From positions 2,820,001 to 2,852,000 of the forward strand of contig NC_016803.1 in NCBI RefSeq assembly GCF_000189295.2: a stretch of DNA of 32,000 bases, read 5' to 3'. Positions within the stretch are counted from its first letter, which is position 1. Every line of letters begins with the position of its first letter. Below, piece by piece: positions 31,780 through 32,000 of the stretch. The stretch is from Pseudodesulfovibrio mercurii (lineage in GTDB: Bacteria > Desulfobacterota > Desulfovibrionia > Desulfovibrionales > Desulfovibrionaceae). Both the position numbers and the translations under genes were made by a program. A model generated the notes under the pieces. That model saw only the letters and a program-made list of their open reading frames with translations, was not told the origin of the DNA and did not search any database.

Positions 31780-32000
31780 CAGCGTGCGGTCTCCGGCACG
31801 AGCACGGTGAAGGTCTCGGGGATGCCGACCTTGTCCGCGAACATGTGCATGCGGTCGATCTTGTCCTTGGTCAGCTCCAGGCTCTTGCGCACCAGCAGGG
31901 CCCCCTGGCGGGAGACCACGTCCTCGTGCAGGACCATGCCCGGCTGGAGCTCCCGGAGGGTCACGGTGCGGATGGCGTAGCGCGCCTCCACCCCGAGCAT
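31779..32000 (-). CDS. Unknown protein, at least the 73 C-terminal residues; it may continue beyond the window. Translationally coupled to the response regulator.
   Basis: The frame is open from the window edge to the TGA at 31779-31781, which overlaps the regulator ATG (TGATG). The sequence ...VTLRELQPGMVLHEDVVSRQGALLVRKSLELTKDKIDRMHMF resembles accessory domains seen at the N-termini of some HD-GYP proteins. That is recollection, not verified. Confidence 0.45.
   Translation of the reverse strand: MLGVEARYAIRTVTLRELQPGMVLHEDVVSRQGALLVRKSLELTKDKIDRMHMFADKVGIPETFTVLVPETAR

Overview
This is a high-GC chromosomal segment. Gene content and the style of its intergenic repeats resemble a Desulfovibrionaceae-type sulfate reducer, but that is inference only. 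I call 30 protein-coding genes (two cut by the window edges), one tRNA-Arg(UCU), several rho-independent terminators and three families of intergenic repeats. I saw no rRNA, CRISPR array, transposase or integrase.

Housekeeping content:
- speH-speE (polyamine synthesis), rpsA-sppA, pstB-phoU and yjbQ.
- A redox module: hxlR divergent from a nitroreductase and an iron-sulfur flavoprotein.

Signalling content is heavy:
- One dCache methyl-accepting chemotaxis protein (MCP) ending in a DFERF tail.
- A lone cheD.
- Two multi-PAS histidine kinases.
- A stand-alone Hpt protein.
- Two HD-GYP proteins, one fused to a receiver domain.

Observations that most deserve a second look:
1. A hydantoinase-A-like ATPase with no HyuB partner, tightly coupled to an HDAC-fold deacylase that carries a Cys4 zinc-ribbon tail (10681-13728).
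2. A tightly coupled NmrA-like / HD-GYP / GrpB trio (13951-16157).
3. An AT-richer element with inverted-repeat ends and TA flanks, sitting exactly between the stop codons of a convergent kinase and a REC-HD-GYP gene (30586-30768).
4. Three modular repeat families that fill convergent and other intergenic spacers. One is a 596-bp array with inverted ends, and another is a pair of inverted copies about 15 kb apart.
5. A pyrimidine-dimer glycosylase coupled to an unrecognisable 183-aa protein.
6. A Pho-box-like direct repeat upstream of a pstB-phoU pair that has no pstSCA nearby.

The very long antisense and off-frame ORFs in the track are treated as high-GC artefacts. All functional calls rest on motifs read from the translations; no database search was possible.
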